Shown here: positions 48,501-61,276 of the stretch, piece after piece | How the letters are laid out: each line of letters starts with the position of its first letter | How positions within the stretch are numbered: the first letter of the stretch is position 1 | Assembly (NCBI GenBank): GCA_976226885.1 | Contig: OZ320316.1 | Location: forward strand, 40,610,001-40,674,000 | Reading direction: 5' to 3' | From: Iphione sp. A-MEVVRFRX5 | Lineage: Eukaryota | Length of the DNA: 64,000 nt | Made by a program: the position numbers and the translations under genes | Notes under the pieces: model-generated | Databases searched by the model: none | Seen by the model: only the letters and a program-made list of their open reading frames with translations | What the model was told of the DNA's origin: nothing

Positions 48501-51500
48501 TTATCTCAAAAATTGTTATGTAGTTCTCCTTCTTTCTTACTTGCACCTCATATTTTTTCAGTTCTTTGTTATTGTACATCTTTCCTTTGATACGTATTTT
48601 TATTTTTAACTCATGGAACTGTTAGTAATTCAAGTATTCTGAAAATGAATTTTTGTCAAACTCTTTTGCTAAAATACTTTCAAACATACCTTGCTTGGAT
48701 ATTTCTTGGTCTAACATGCACTCACACACACACTCACTAATAGCCCCCTTCTGCCAGCACAACCTTGTAGCAGTCTGACCAAGGGAGGTGCAGTCAAGCA
48801 TGAAATTACCACTTGATGAGAGGGGACAATAGACCTTGCAGGTCCTCACTTGTCAGTCATTAATAATTCACTGAGAAACTATTTCTGAATGACTGTGAGT
48901 TAGAGTGTGCTGGGCTGCACCACCTCTCAACACTTACTACACTCGGTTCAGTTTTTTAAAAAATCGGAGAAGATTACTCAGTCGTTTGCTTGCTGGAAAA
49001 AGTTTTATGTTTACTCCTCAAAAAACCCAGAAGATAGCAGATCATTGCAACTAATTTGTCTGTCTAAAACAGGAGGAGCACACATGCCATTGTGCATAAA
49101 TGCAAAAAGAAGTATTTTTTTGCTGGCTGGTAGTTTTACACTGACTCTTCATCTGGTAAGATTTTAAGAGGTTTAAATTTCAACAGTGTCTTGTCTGAAT
49201 ACGCAGGTGTGGACGTTTGCTGGTCAGTGTAGTATGACACTGCATGGACATCACGATGCAGTAACCTGCCTCCAGTTTGATGCTACCCTCATTGTGAGTG
49301 GTTCCCTCGACTGTAACCTCAAGTTTTGGGACCTGCACACAGGCCGTTGTAATAACACGATCGACTGGAAGGCCTCTGAAGGTCACACTGGTGTTGTGAG
49401 GTAAGTATTTCCTACAAACCCGTTTAATAATTTTTTGACAATAGAAGGTCATAACAGTGCACAATGACATCAGAAGTGGTTGGCTTTGCTTTGTTTTACT
49501 AGTAGTGTACTGTACTGAGATATGGTACAGGTGGCATCACTGTAGCCAAATCCCACTTACTTCACTTTTACCTAAGCAGTCACTGTGGTTAGACGCTCAC
49601 ACACTTTTTTCGTAGTTAAACCTTTTGGTCCGTACTTTCTGTTACTTCTTCTGTCCATTATCACCGGTAGCTTATCTAGAATCGCAGATAGCGTTACTAG
49701 ATCGCCGTTTGCGTAAGTTTTGATATTTTTAAGCATTTCTTTATGCTCTTTGGCTATGGACCTGTTGTGTTTTGTGAATGGGATTGGAGACAATCATATC
49801 GACTCTATTTCCTCCTCTGAGAAGTGAAAAAGGGACCATAAGGCACCTTGCACATCAAAAGCCATCAAGAGCAAAAATTCCTCCTTTGTATACGAATCCA
49901 AATTCTTCTGATCACATACCACCGGCCAATTCCCCCCAGATGTTGACCCTGAGGACAAGGTGACCCAGATGTTATCTGGTCTTTTACTGCAACTAAGCAC
50001 ACCTCATCAAATATCAGATGATGAATATACATGTACTCATGATCTTTCGGATAGTATCAGGAGCAGCTTGAGAAGGATAAATGCAGTTGGTCTTGACATT
50101 GCCCAGAATATTCCTGAATGTACTAATAAAGCTCATCTTAAGACCTTGGAGGAGTCATCAGTAAATACGAAGAAAGTTGTGTCCCAGAACAGCCAATTGC
50201 ATGGGGCTCCACTTAACGAAGATGAATGACCCCATATGGCAAACCTTGACAAAAGCATCAAGTAGGGGAGAAGAATCTCCGGAAGGTCCAGGTGATGGGC
50301 CACCCAGGGCATGCAACACTGATAAAAGGCACCATAATGATTATGAAGGTAGCCCAGAAGGACCTGTCACTTCAGCCAGCACAGGACACCTTGTTTGATG
50401 CACTTCACAGCTTTGGAGCCAGTGACTTGGACCTAAACCAGGCAGATTATGATATCCATTTTGCCCTGTAGGCAGAATACCGGTGGCTGGAACCTGAAGA
50501 GCACCCTGCATCTCACGAGTTTTTGTTTGGGGGCATTCTGAAAGGATCACTTAAGATGCTTAAAACCGTAGGCAAGTTGATCCACAAGCTGGATCTTACC
50601 AAAGCAGGCAAGAACAGCAAAAGCAAATTTGGCAGAGGAGGAAGCAGCAACCATGGCTGAGGCAGATTTCAACCTTACAGGCCTTACTCCAAGGAGAAGT
50701 TTCAACAGAGTTCTTCCTTGCAAGCCTCCTCCTCTTCTGACCAACATTAGGATTTTGGGATAAGACCCCAATAAGTAACTTCAAAGGGAAGGGCTTTCAG
50801 GTTGGCAAACTAGTTTATGAGGTTCGTGATTGTGAATGCATTTCATCAGACCCAGAAATTTACACATTGTTCATGCTATAGTCGACTCTCCCCTCATGGA
50901 CACATTTACAATATGATCGTGCCCCAAATGTGGACAATTTGGAAAAGAACTGACTTAGTTTCTATACATTACTTATTTACCAAGATGTCTCTAATCAGGA
51001 CAGTAATTTTAGTGGAGCGTCCCCCTATGGACACTGTTGTGGCACACATTTGGAGCAACAGGGAGGCCTTAGAAGTTATTTTCACAGGTCACCATACAGA
51101 TCCTCGTGCAATGTGTTGTTGCACTGATTTAGAGCAGCAGGGAGGCCTTAGAAGTCATTTTCACAGGTTGCCGTACATTTCCTCATGCAGACAAGGTGTT
51201 GTCACACTGATTTGGAGCTGCAAGCAGGCACACTTCATATCCAACTAACAGATCTATAATGCAGACGCGTCTGAGATCAGGACAGTTTGGGTAAGCACTG
51301 AGAGTGACCGCTTTTGGGAGAGTCAACTGTATTATGTTAGAGTTCTGGTACTAGCCTCCACCTAGAAGATAAGCCTTTACAGTTTGCTAATGTGGAATCG
51401 TCTAAGATTACTCAAGCTGTGGAGCACCTATTACAACAGATTATTCTCCTGTTCTAGATTATCCTCTCACTCTGTTCCAGTAGAGGATTTTTCCGAGGAG

Positions 51501-54500
51501 CAAAACCTATTGAGCAAAGGAGGAGAAAACCCTTACTTCATTTTTTTTTTCATTTCATTGTATCTTTTACCAGGAATATATTCACCTATCATACGACAGG
51601 GATCTTCCATATCCTCCTGGGGTAGCATACTACCATCTATTGTTGAGAATTGAGAGACCAGAATACCCGGGGTTATCCCCTACTCTTATTTCGAATAGGT
51701 TTCTGGGGTCTTTTTGTGCATAGGGGACAGAATCCTATACACCCATGGCCTTTTTATAAGTTGTGGACCACTCTGGGTTGGGGCTACAGTAAATCTGTCT
51801 GGTCTTGATCAAAAGTCCCAGGCCCGGGATTGAACCTGCGACCTCTCAGTCAGTGGACCAGTGCTCTACCACTGAGCTAACTCCCCACCCACAATCGACA
51901 TTAGAATTTATCATGTTGAGACTCAAGTAATTGAAATCACTACAGCCACAATCTCGACTCTTTCATAGACAAATTACGAAATGCATTAACACACATATTC
52001 AGTGGAGGTCATATCTGCATTCAAAGTGTTCAGTGCTAGCAGATAGGCATGACCTCCACTATATGCAGGCAGTTTTGCCTGAAAAAGAGGGCGAAGCCTC
52101 TTCTTTGATGTTAGAGCTAGCATGGAGGCTGGGCCTCCAGTACCACTTCTCCAGAACCCCTATGGGAGTTCCTATGTCGGAACTGAAACTCGTTTCCTTA
52201 GAAGTTGAGTCTAAGGGGGAGGAGGCCAGAGCTGGAGGGAATCAGTTAAGAGTGACTGACAGGTCCTCCCAGAGCGGGAGGGAAGGGGGTGGGAGTGTCA
52301 AGCATGCTGCCTGACCACCTGGGTCACGCTACAGCTGCGAGCACGCGAGTGGGAGGGGGTTGGAGCCAGCAGGAGGCTGTTGGTGTTCCTCGGTCACGCT
52401 ACGGCCACGAGTACCCAAGGGGGAGGGAGTTGAAGCAAGCAGGAGGCTGCCAAGGTGTCTGGTCGCACCACGACTGCGAGGGGGAGGGGGCTGGAGTGGG
52501 AGGGAACTGGGTGGGAGTGTCATGCAGGCTGCCTCAGTCGCACTAAAAGTCGGCGTTTTGCGCGAAATTAGCAAGAGAACCACTGGAGAACGTCCAGGAC
52601 CTCCTTAGAAGTATTTGGGTTCAAGTCCCGTACTTCTATCTGCAGTAGTTCTCAAGTTATAGAAGTTTCTCATGTTTATCTAAAATTAGTCTCAGAACCA
52701 CTAGAGCAGCCAGGGCCTCCCTAGTAGCATTTTGGTTCAAGTCCTGTCCTTCTATGTGCGTTAGTTGCCAAGTTATCACAGTTTTTCTCTTTACACAACT
52801 TTTGACTAGGTCACTTGTTGCTGCCTCTGTCACCTGTGTCTTTTGGTCGGTAGCATTTTGGTTCAAGTCCTGTCCTTCTATGTGCAATAGTTGCCAAGTT
52901 ATCACAGTTTTTCTCTTTACCTGCCACTCGACTGGGTAACCCTGTGCCACTTCTATCACCTGTGTCATTTGGTCGGTAGCGTTTTGGTTCAAGTCCTGTC
53001 CTTCTATTTGTAATAATTGCCAAGTTATAACAGTTTTTGTCTTTACCCACCACTCAACTGGGTCACCCTGTGCTGCTGCTATCACCTGCATCATTTGGTC
53101 GGTAGCATTTTGGTTCAAGTCCTGTCCTTCTATGTGCAATAGTTACCAAGTTATCACAGTGTTTCTCTTTAGCAGCCACTCGACTAGATCAGTGTGCCGC
53201 TTCTATCACCTGTGTCATTTGGTCAGTAGCATTTTGGTTCAAGTCCTGTCCTTCTATATGGCATAGTTTCCCAGGTATCACAGTTTTTTTCTTTACCCAC
53301 CTCTTGACTAGGTCACCTGATGCCACCTCTATCACCTGCGTCATTTGGTCAGTAGCATTTTGGTTCAAGTCCTGTCCTTCTATGTTCAATAGTTTCTAAG
53401 TTATCACAGTTTTTCTCTGTACCCACCTCATTAGAAGGTCACCTGATGCCACCTCTATTACCTGTGCCATCAAGTTGGTAGCATTTTGGTTCCAGTCCTG
53501 TCTTTCTGTTTGCAATAGTTTCCCAGTTATCTCAGTTTTTCTCTGTACCCACCAGATTACTAGGTCACCTGATGCCATCTTATCACCTGCGTCATTTGGT
53601 CGGTAGCATTTTGCTTCAAGTCCTGTCCTTTTAGTGCATTAGATACCAAGTTGTCACAGTTGTTTCTCTTTACCCATCTTTCAACTGGATCACTCTATAT
53701 TTATACTCTCTAATATGTTCAGACTCATACTCGTGGTTATTTATATTCCTGCTCTCTTCATGTTCTTACTGACACTCATGTTCTCACTCTTATTCTTAGT
53801 TATGTTCTCACTCACACTTATATTCTCACTCACATTGATGCTCTCAGTCATAATTGTGCTCTCTTCATGAACATGAGTATGAGTATGAGTGAGAACATGA
53901 GTGAGAACATGACTATCAGTGAGAACATGAGTGAGAGTATGAATGAGACCATAAGTGTCAGTGAGAACATGAAGAGAGTCTGGGTGTTAATGAGGGCTTG
54001 GACATGAAAATACATTACTCCTACATTAAACAGATGACATGTAGCAGAAATTACTAGAAAATGTGTTATTGTCAGAAACTGATGTCTGTTACATGATATC
54101 GTATAAAGTGAAATAATATTTGTTCCTTGAAAAGTCAGTCAGTTAAGCAGTATGAACGTGAATTTTCCATTCCCACTGTTAAGGATACATCAGCTCCTCG
54201 TATTGTTTTAATGAATGCTTCATCGGCAGAAATGAGTACTTTAAGATCTTCAAGTCTGACTTTTGTGATACATATAAACGTCTTAGATTATTTTCGAAAT
54301 GTTTTATGCACGTGAATTTCTGTCCTTTTCTTGTAGGTGTTTACAAGCAGATAGTTGGAGGGTAGTCAGTGCCTCAGATGATAGGACGCTAAAGGTTTGT
54401 ATGCTAAATCTGTTGTGTGAGGAGACCGCTATAAACACTTAAGTTTGTGCGTTCAAATCAATTTCAACTTGATCGAATGTCCTTATTCAAGGAGTTTGTC

Positions 54501-54655
54501 TGAATTTTCAGGTCTGGAGCCTTGAAACGGGCCAGCGTCTTGTAACTCTTCGTAACCATACAGATGGTGTTACATGCCTACAGTTCAACGATAGTGTCAT
54601 AGTGTCGGGATCCTATGACAAGACGGTGAAATTGTGGGACTTCACCAGTTGTTAG
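42597..54655 (+). CDS. F-box/WD40-repeat protein (SCF substrate receptor; FBXW7/beta-TrCP/Met30-like architecture), 846 aa, 13 coding exons
   Basis: Exons 42597-43829, 43996-44061, 44473-44617, 45013-45173, 45488-45578, 46095-46159, 46514-46639, 47429-47518, 47916-48004, 48321-48399, 49207-49400, 54337-54394, 54512-54655 (stop TAG), totalling 2541 nt, all phases consistent. F-box: DLLTWLPQSTAVQILGYLDAVSLCRASGVCRSWYGLATDTGLWRRFC. Seven GH...VSGSxDxTxKxW WD40 repeats follow. Confidence 0.93.
50150..51650 (+). mobile_element. Second DIRS fragment (gag end / RT start) in the F-box gene intron, interrupted by a MITE
   Basis: RTANCMGLHLTKMNDPIWQTL resembles DIRS gag. 50620-50870 is homologous to 16870-17150 of the first DIRS copy. 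Confidence 0.6.
50879..51329. mobile_element. TA-flanked MITE, family M1
   Basis: TIR tagtcgactctccc / gggagagtcaactg with TA flanks. An internal repeat of about 78 bp occurs twice. Confidence 0.7.
51657..51886 (-). mobile_element. tRNA-derived SINE
   Basis: The - strand head ggggagttagctcagtggtagagcac...ggttcaatcccgggcc has A- and B-boxes but no CCA-ending acceptor stem. It continues into a SINE-like core (aagaccccagaaacctattcgaaataagagtagggg). Confidence 0.75.
51998..53980. mobile_element. HINE-like element, copy C (right end not found), carrying a 126-bp tandem array
   Basis: 51998-52270 is homologous to 14141-14410. 52545-52660 and 53700-53830 are reverse-complement homologues of 32020-32140 and 32340-32510. 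Confidence 0.6.
52724..53690. repeat. Tandem array of about 8 x 126-bp units (plus one diverged unit upstream)
   Basis: The motif gtagcattttggttcaagtcctgtcc recurs at 52724, 52850, 52976, 53102, 53226, 53352, 53478 and 53603 (spacing 126,126,126,124,126,126,125). Confidence 0.92.
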
Positions 54656-55224
54656 GTGCGACTCCAGTGTATACAGATATGACTTGCATACAGGAAAGTT
54701 CGCTTCCGAATGTTGGTGCCCCTCTTAAAAACCCAAACCAGCACACTAGAGAAAATGATCAACACGATCGGTTTAGGAGTGTGAAGTATACCTGGTAAAA
54801 ATATGTTTGTGGTCCAGTCTTGGTAATTTGAGGTGAATGGTCATTTCCTAGCCATAGGTGATTAGATACGTATCCTCAGAAACGTGTATTTTCGTACAAA
54901 ATCAAAACTCAACGACCTCATTCAAATATTACTGTCTGGTCATAGTTAGTGAAAGATGAGATCTCATAATCCCAGTGCATGCAATTTCCCCAGTGAGGAA
55001 GAAATAGTCCTATTTTGGGAGGTTACCAGAATTGAATTTGCATACGAACCATAATGATTTTTGCAATCAGAATTTTTACTTTATTGTTGCGAATATAATT
55101 TGCAACATGTAAAATGTTTTGCAGTAGTTAAAAGACTTTTATAAAGGACACGTGTTGATAGATATGGGAGAAATTGTTACTAAATTTTACAGCGTGGATT
55201 TATTAGTCATAATATATACATATA

Positions 55225-55399
55225 CAGTGTCCCCTCGGTCTATGACCACCTCTCCAATCAGACCACCTCCCTTATAAGATCACTTTTTGGGAACAGAACC
55301 ATATACATGTATATAAATACCCCTCTGTAATAAGACCACTCCCTATTTAGACCGCTTAAAGTAAGAACAAATGGCAGTCTTATTAGCGAGGGGACACTG
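55225..55399. mobile_element. TA-flanked MITE (175 bp)
   Basis: Perfect 13-bp TIR cagtgtcccctcg / cgaggggacactg with TA flanks. Confidence 0.8.
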
Positions 55400-58300
55400 T
55401 AGTTATTTGCTCTTCTCAAAACAAGTTTTTTTAATCACCTGTCTGTTATCACAATCTTATCGCGTTTAAGGCGGGAAAGTAACCATGTATTATGTGTCTG
55501 TTCAGTGTGTCATTATGTTTATGGCTATACACGTAGTTTCTTGGCTATGTAGTCCTTGAAAAGACGAAATAGGTATCTGTCAAACTTGAGTTATTTGATT
55601 GGTTTTGCATTTGAGTTAATCTGCAGAGGAGTAATACTAGTGAAAATTTAGGTGCGTTTGTGTTGCCGACGTTTTCTAGGTGGAAAATTATCACTTACTG
55701 TTGCATATTCATAATTACCCATGCCAGAAACCTTCACATAAATGTATTTACGAACTTCACAGGAAGGAAATAACTGTTATCACTATCTCTGTTGTGTCCT
55801 ATCTCACGTGGCCCTTTTTGATACATGGGAATACGAAGTGTGTCGGAATTAAGCTACCGATCTATTTTGTTTGTATTTGGTACAAAATAGCACATACTGT
55901 CATATCAACCAGCCAGCCACATCATGTCCACCAGTTTATATACTTACTCAACTGTCCTAACAATTGATTACCAGGCCAACAGAAGTTCCCTGCAATCAAG
56001 AAAAGTTTCAGTGGTCCCAGTGATCACATCAACTCAATTGGCAACAGTAAAGAATAGAAACCCCAAACATGTACATGTCAAATTGCATTGTCTAACCAGC
56101 GTGTTGCGAGGTAGATTCCGGAAATGATCAATTTTACCCTTCTCCAGACGGCTAGAAGATGTCTGCAGCTTGGAAATGGCTAATGCTTAATTGAGGCATT
56201 GCTAAGGAGCTAAGAAAAGCTAAGAAAAGTGGACATTCTGTTTGTTCCAGGTGTGTGATGCATTTTTTATGGCCTTTTGTCGAAGCAGAAATAATCTTTA
56301 CAAGAGGAATTCTTCCTGTCTTATTAGCCGGGCCACTTGAGTTCCTATAAAAAAAAAGACGCCATTAATGTAAACGGGACAGTTCAATTTAATTGGATTG
56401 TAAATGATTACTTGTATATTATATTCACCAAGTCTTTACCAAGGTGGTGAGACGACTTGGGAGAACATGCTATTATGGACTAATGAAACAAAGAGTGTCT
56501 TGTTTGTCGTGCGACTTGTCTACTTGACATTGGGGTCGTTTGTAACTGCATCGTTGTGTCCTGCTCCAGCCATTCTCTTCAGGTCGGTCAGTGCTGGCAT
56601 GACAAAGAGCAAAGAGAAGAAAACGTAGGTTGACTCTTTTTGGCGTGGTTCCAGACCTCCCCGGTGTGTAGCTGTATCACCAGTTGTTCTGCCAGTCACT
56701 TTAATAGAGAGATATACCAACTGCTACACTTGTGATAATCCACATGCAAATCTTCAACGTCGAGCTGTATTTATAAAGAAAGAATGGGTCAGATAGATTA
56801 CACTTCAGCATTCAGCTTTTCCTTGCTGTGTTACGTAATCCACATACGTGTACTTATCACTCTCATTGGGAAATGAAGCATGTGTATTTAAAATAAATTT
56901 ATAAAAAGACTGATCGCAGAATATTGGTTCATTGCAACTGAACCTGGCTGAAGTCCATTATTGAACACAGATTTATTTTCTATGCAATTCTACGTAGTGT
57001 TTTGAATTATGGTTGGAACTATCGAAAAGCTAATGAAGCCAACCAGTGTAGTGATTATTTCTGTTAGAAGCTATATTGAGTTGAACAACGATGAAGAGGA
57101 AACAGCTGATAGCGAAAGAAAGCATACAGAGACATGCCCTGTCCATTGATTTGAAGGGAATATTCAGTCTTTACTGTGATATAATATTTCTAGATAAAAA
57201 AAACTGGATAAATTTCGGAGTGAACACATATCCTGTCGGGCTAGTTTACCAGTGGGCCTGTATATCTCGATTTAATGAATTGTTCCATTTGAAAACTGCG
57301 AGAAAATGGTAACTTATATAACCTTTTAGAAGTTTTTTTTTTCAAAAGTGGATCATTGTCCACTTCCTTTTGTATACCACTTTTATAAGTTTTATAACAT
57401 TCCTGACCCATCTCTTCTGTTTTAGTTTTCAGGAGTAATTGAAGAAGGCACATAATGATATTCAGCAATTCTCGTTCAGAATTAAAAAAAATTACAGTTC
57501 GATCAACAGATAATTCATGTGAATGTTTTCACTAGAGAAATATTTGAACTGTGTTTAGTGCCAATGCAGTCCCTGAAGGTCATGGAAGTTTGGCTATTCT
57601 ATTTGGTCACTGGTTTCTGAATCTCATTGACGCTTACCTTCATTCAAGTTACTTTTTATATGAAATTACGTTTTTTGGAAAGGTACAAAATTGTGACCCA
57701 GGCTCTCGTTAACACGATACATGAGAATTCACGTTGTAATCAAGTCCATGCCGTAGATATGCAGGATGAACTTCGATGTAAATCATCCATTAGATAACTC
57801 AAAATAGGCTATTAAAGTTGACGAATCTAAAACCTGGGGAGACCAGGGATGTAAAGTAACACTATGTTCGTTTCTCCCATAATGAATACATGTACATGTA
57901 CACTGCTTTGCCATGAACCCACAACGAGTAAGAAAACTTGTACAAGAATTAATTTGCTGTAGGAATAGGGAGTTTTTATCCGATAGTGAAGTGTCTTCGT
58001 GGTTGTGTTAGACCGTTGTGAAAGCTTACATGTACGTGGAAGTAGACTGTAGCCAAATCCTAATGCTCAAGGTCTGGTGCTATAGTGCCGATGACAGTGT
58101 CACCTTTCATATTTTTTTCTGGGTAATATGATAAACCTATAATGCTATAAGATTTATTTTTGTTCCTCTTTGTACTTTGCTTGTGGGCTTTATTAAAGAG
58201 CTCACATAAAGTATAGAATTTTGCTACTGCAAGTTTTGTTACGTGATGCAGTCTTACCTGTGTTTTTCCACCTTTTCCTCCTCTATCGTTAATCCGAATG

Positions 58301-61276
58301 GCAAAAGTGCCTTTTGTAAGCAAAATCTTTTTTAACTTTAGTGTGAAATGTTTGAAAGCAGAGCTTCACAAATATTATCCTGAAACTGTATTGAAAAGGT
58401 ATCCAGTTCACACGTCCAATGTTCTATTTTTCACTAGTCGCATCGAATGTCTTAGGAATCCTCATGATGTTAGGTAGGCGTTATTGTTGTGAAATTTGAT
58501 GTTAGATTATCATGTCACACTACAAAACCCAACGACTATGCATAAATGGAATACAAACACGTCCGGTTATCTTTTTAAGTAATATTTCTCTTAGCTCTAA
58601 GCTAAATATTTAAAGGTCTCTTCAAAGAAATGCAACTATGCACGTGCTCTTTGTACATAAAATACGAATAAAAGACTGAAAACGATATTTGTGCCTCCTT
58701 TTATACTACTAGCCCAACTTAGGCTCTCTTAATAAAAACACATACTTTTCCTGGTGTAATAGTTTATTTTTTTGGTAATGTTTCTTTGCCTACAGACACA
58801 GACTACGTTTGTCAATAGTAAAGTAAACGCTGGCACAGGAAACTGCTGGAATTGTCACCACACGAATGCCATGTCAAGACAGGTCCTACAAACTCAGGCA
58901 TAGAGGAGGGTCAGCCGCCGCTGCAGAGGCTCGTATCCATTGGGCAAGATGGTCCGTTCTTTTCAACACGGGGTGGACCTGCCCATCAGCAAGAGGCTGA
59001 GTTGTCGACTTAAACAGGCAGATATTTGGCACAAGTCGCACAGTCAACAAACATTGGTTCTTTGTCTTATCATTTTATCAAAGTTCGTCAATTAAATCCA
59101 CGACTACTTATTAGATGGGGGGCATATTTTAACTGAAAGAGGTAAAAGTCCAATTCACGTGCCAGACGTAGTAGTGTGTACCAATATTCATGTTTATTAC
59201 CTATGAACTAAAAGGGAATAGAAAAAATACAAGCAAATTCTCAATCTAGATGAAACTTGGCTAAAATTACAGTTAAGATCTGAGTTTGTTTATGGAAAAA
59301 CACCTTGGATAAAGATAATCTGCCGGCAACCTCCTCCCCGTATCATCATGCATAGGAAAGGGAGAGGGTGTCCGTTCTAAATGCAATATATATACTTTTC
59401 ACCAGTCAATGTATTTACACGGAAAAATATATAGAAATGCGATCTGTACGTCTTAACTGTACATTCTTTTCCACTCAAAAGCTACATCGAGATGTACCAT
59501 ACAAAGCAGGTTCTAAACACTACACTAGAAATACTGACTTGCGTCAAAAATATAAGCAGGGTTACGTTTTAGTAGGTAAGCTGTGGCTGGGGAGGGCCTA
59601 AGTAGAGAATAATGTTTGGAATATGTTGTACATGTACATAAATATTACTTACATCAAACGGTTCACATGCAAATCCTGCCTGATCGATCACTCGCAAATT
59701 TTACTGTCACTACATACCAGGAAATATTGAAGGCGGGATATTTCTATGTTTTTGTTTTCGAGAGAAGATGAATGATTTATATCAGTTCCACGCATACCAA
59801 CTATCAAGGCAAGTACAGGCTGGTCAGTTCTCCAACAAATGGCCACTTGAAACCCTGGTGGTGGCGTCTGTCTCCAAACGCAGCCGACCTAACCCGAAGG
59901 GCCGACAGAGGTGGACCCGAGACGGCCAATACCCGCTTCCGGGGAAACCCGTCTGCGGCCGTCTTTCTCGCAGACCCCAGGACCGTCCAGGTGCGAATGT
60001 TACAAGTACGCAGGTGTTGCACTTTCAGGCACGGGTGAAGGTGTATGAAGTTTTAGCTAGATTCTCGACAGCAAGTGCTCGCTAGGTCCTATGGTAACTC
60101 TTAACGCGGCATGAGGTCAGGAGACCAAGGAGGCATCTCTTAATCGAAATCATTTCTAGTTTATTCACTCTATCACTTTCGCCAGAGAACGCCAAGGGGT
60201 AGCGTAATCTACCCACTTGAACATTTCCTCACAAGCTGAAACATACGCTGGAAATCATTTGCTCTTACTTTTGTGGGTCTTCCTGAACTTGTGAGAAGGA
60301 AATAATAAATATACACCATTATCTCATGTGAGCATGATTTGTGCACTACAACGACCTTTCGCGTTCACAAATCAGTAATTGGTCTTTAAGCAAGGAACTG
60401 CCAAGATCACACAAGCACAGATCTGATGAGTACAACAGAAATCTTACGACGGTTACATTGTGAAATAAGTTTGAATGAACTGGAATCTTTTAGTACCCCG
60501 ACAGAATCACGCCTATTAATATTCCAAAGTGATGGATTATTCCACAATTCTTTCCAACACTGTAACTGATTGGTATGAAAGCAATATGGGCCAGGAAAAA
60601 GACATGATAGATTGAAAATCTCTACAAAAAACAATGCATAAACGGAACGTCTTTGGAAGTAGCAGTCACGTTTTTCTCTTGGATCGAACCGTCACTGAAT
60701 ACACATTAGTCCATCTATTTTGGTCATAAATCAAGCTTAAAGGAGCACCTTAATTTACTATAGTTCCGCAGATTAAAAAAAATCCGAGTTCAGATAATAA
60801 GCCAGATGCATGGGGTTAGGACAACAAGATCGCCTCCCTCAGGGCATAGGGCATGTGCGGGAAAACCTTCAAGAACCTATCTTATTAGGCCCCCACGGTT
60901 CAATATTGCTATACTTTGAAACTAAGTTAGGATGATCTCCATTACGAGGCTAAACCATACCACCGGCGGGCAGAGCAAACACCACATAAAACTGCCACAG
61001 TTAGTCATGCCGAAAAGAAAACTACACCCAACAAGGGCACAAAGAGCAGAGCAAAGTCCCAGTGGGATATTTTAACCACTTGAAACATATATATATATAC
61101 CTATATATCTATGTACTCTTCCTTTAAAAACAGTGACGAACATTGCTTCTAACTCACCCTGATAAGGAATTGGACATTCAGCAGCTCTTTTACCGCTCTG
61201 ACACCGGCAACCAAGTATCACGTACCTCCTCCCTAGTGTTCTAGCATAAAGTGCACTCCCCCAACTTTACAAGATC

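Noticed and set aside
51815-51886. tRNA gene
   Set aside because: It lacks a proper acceptor stem and 3' end and runs into a SINE body, so it is called a SINE instead.
52724-53690. CRISPR-like appearance (conserved 26-bp motif at regular spacing)
   Set aside because: The intervening sequence is homologous between units rather than unique spacers, there are no cas genes, and the context is a eukaryotic intron.
55540-55580. Hammerhead-ribozyme-like gtcc...gacgaaa (and ctgatgag...gaaa at about 60423)
   Set aside because: The catalytic core CUGANGA or the stem II pairing is missing in each case.
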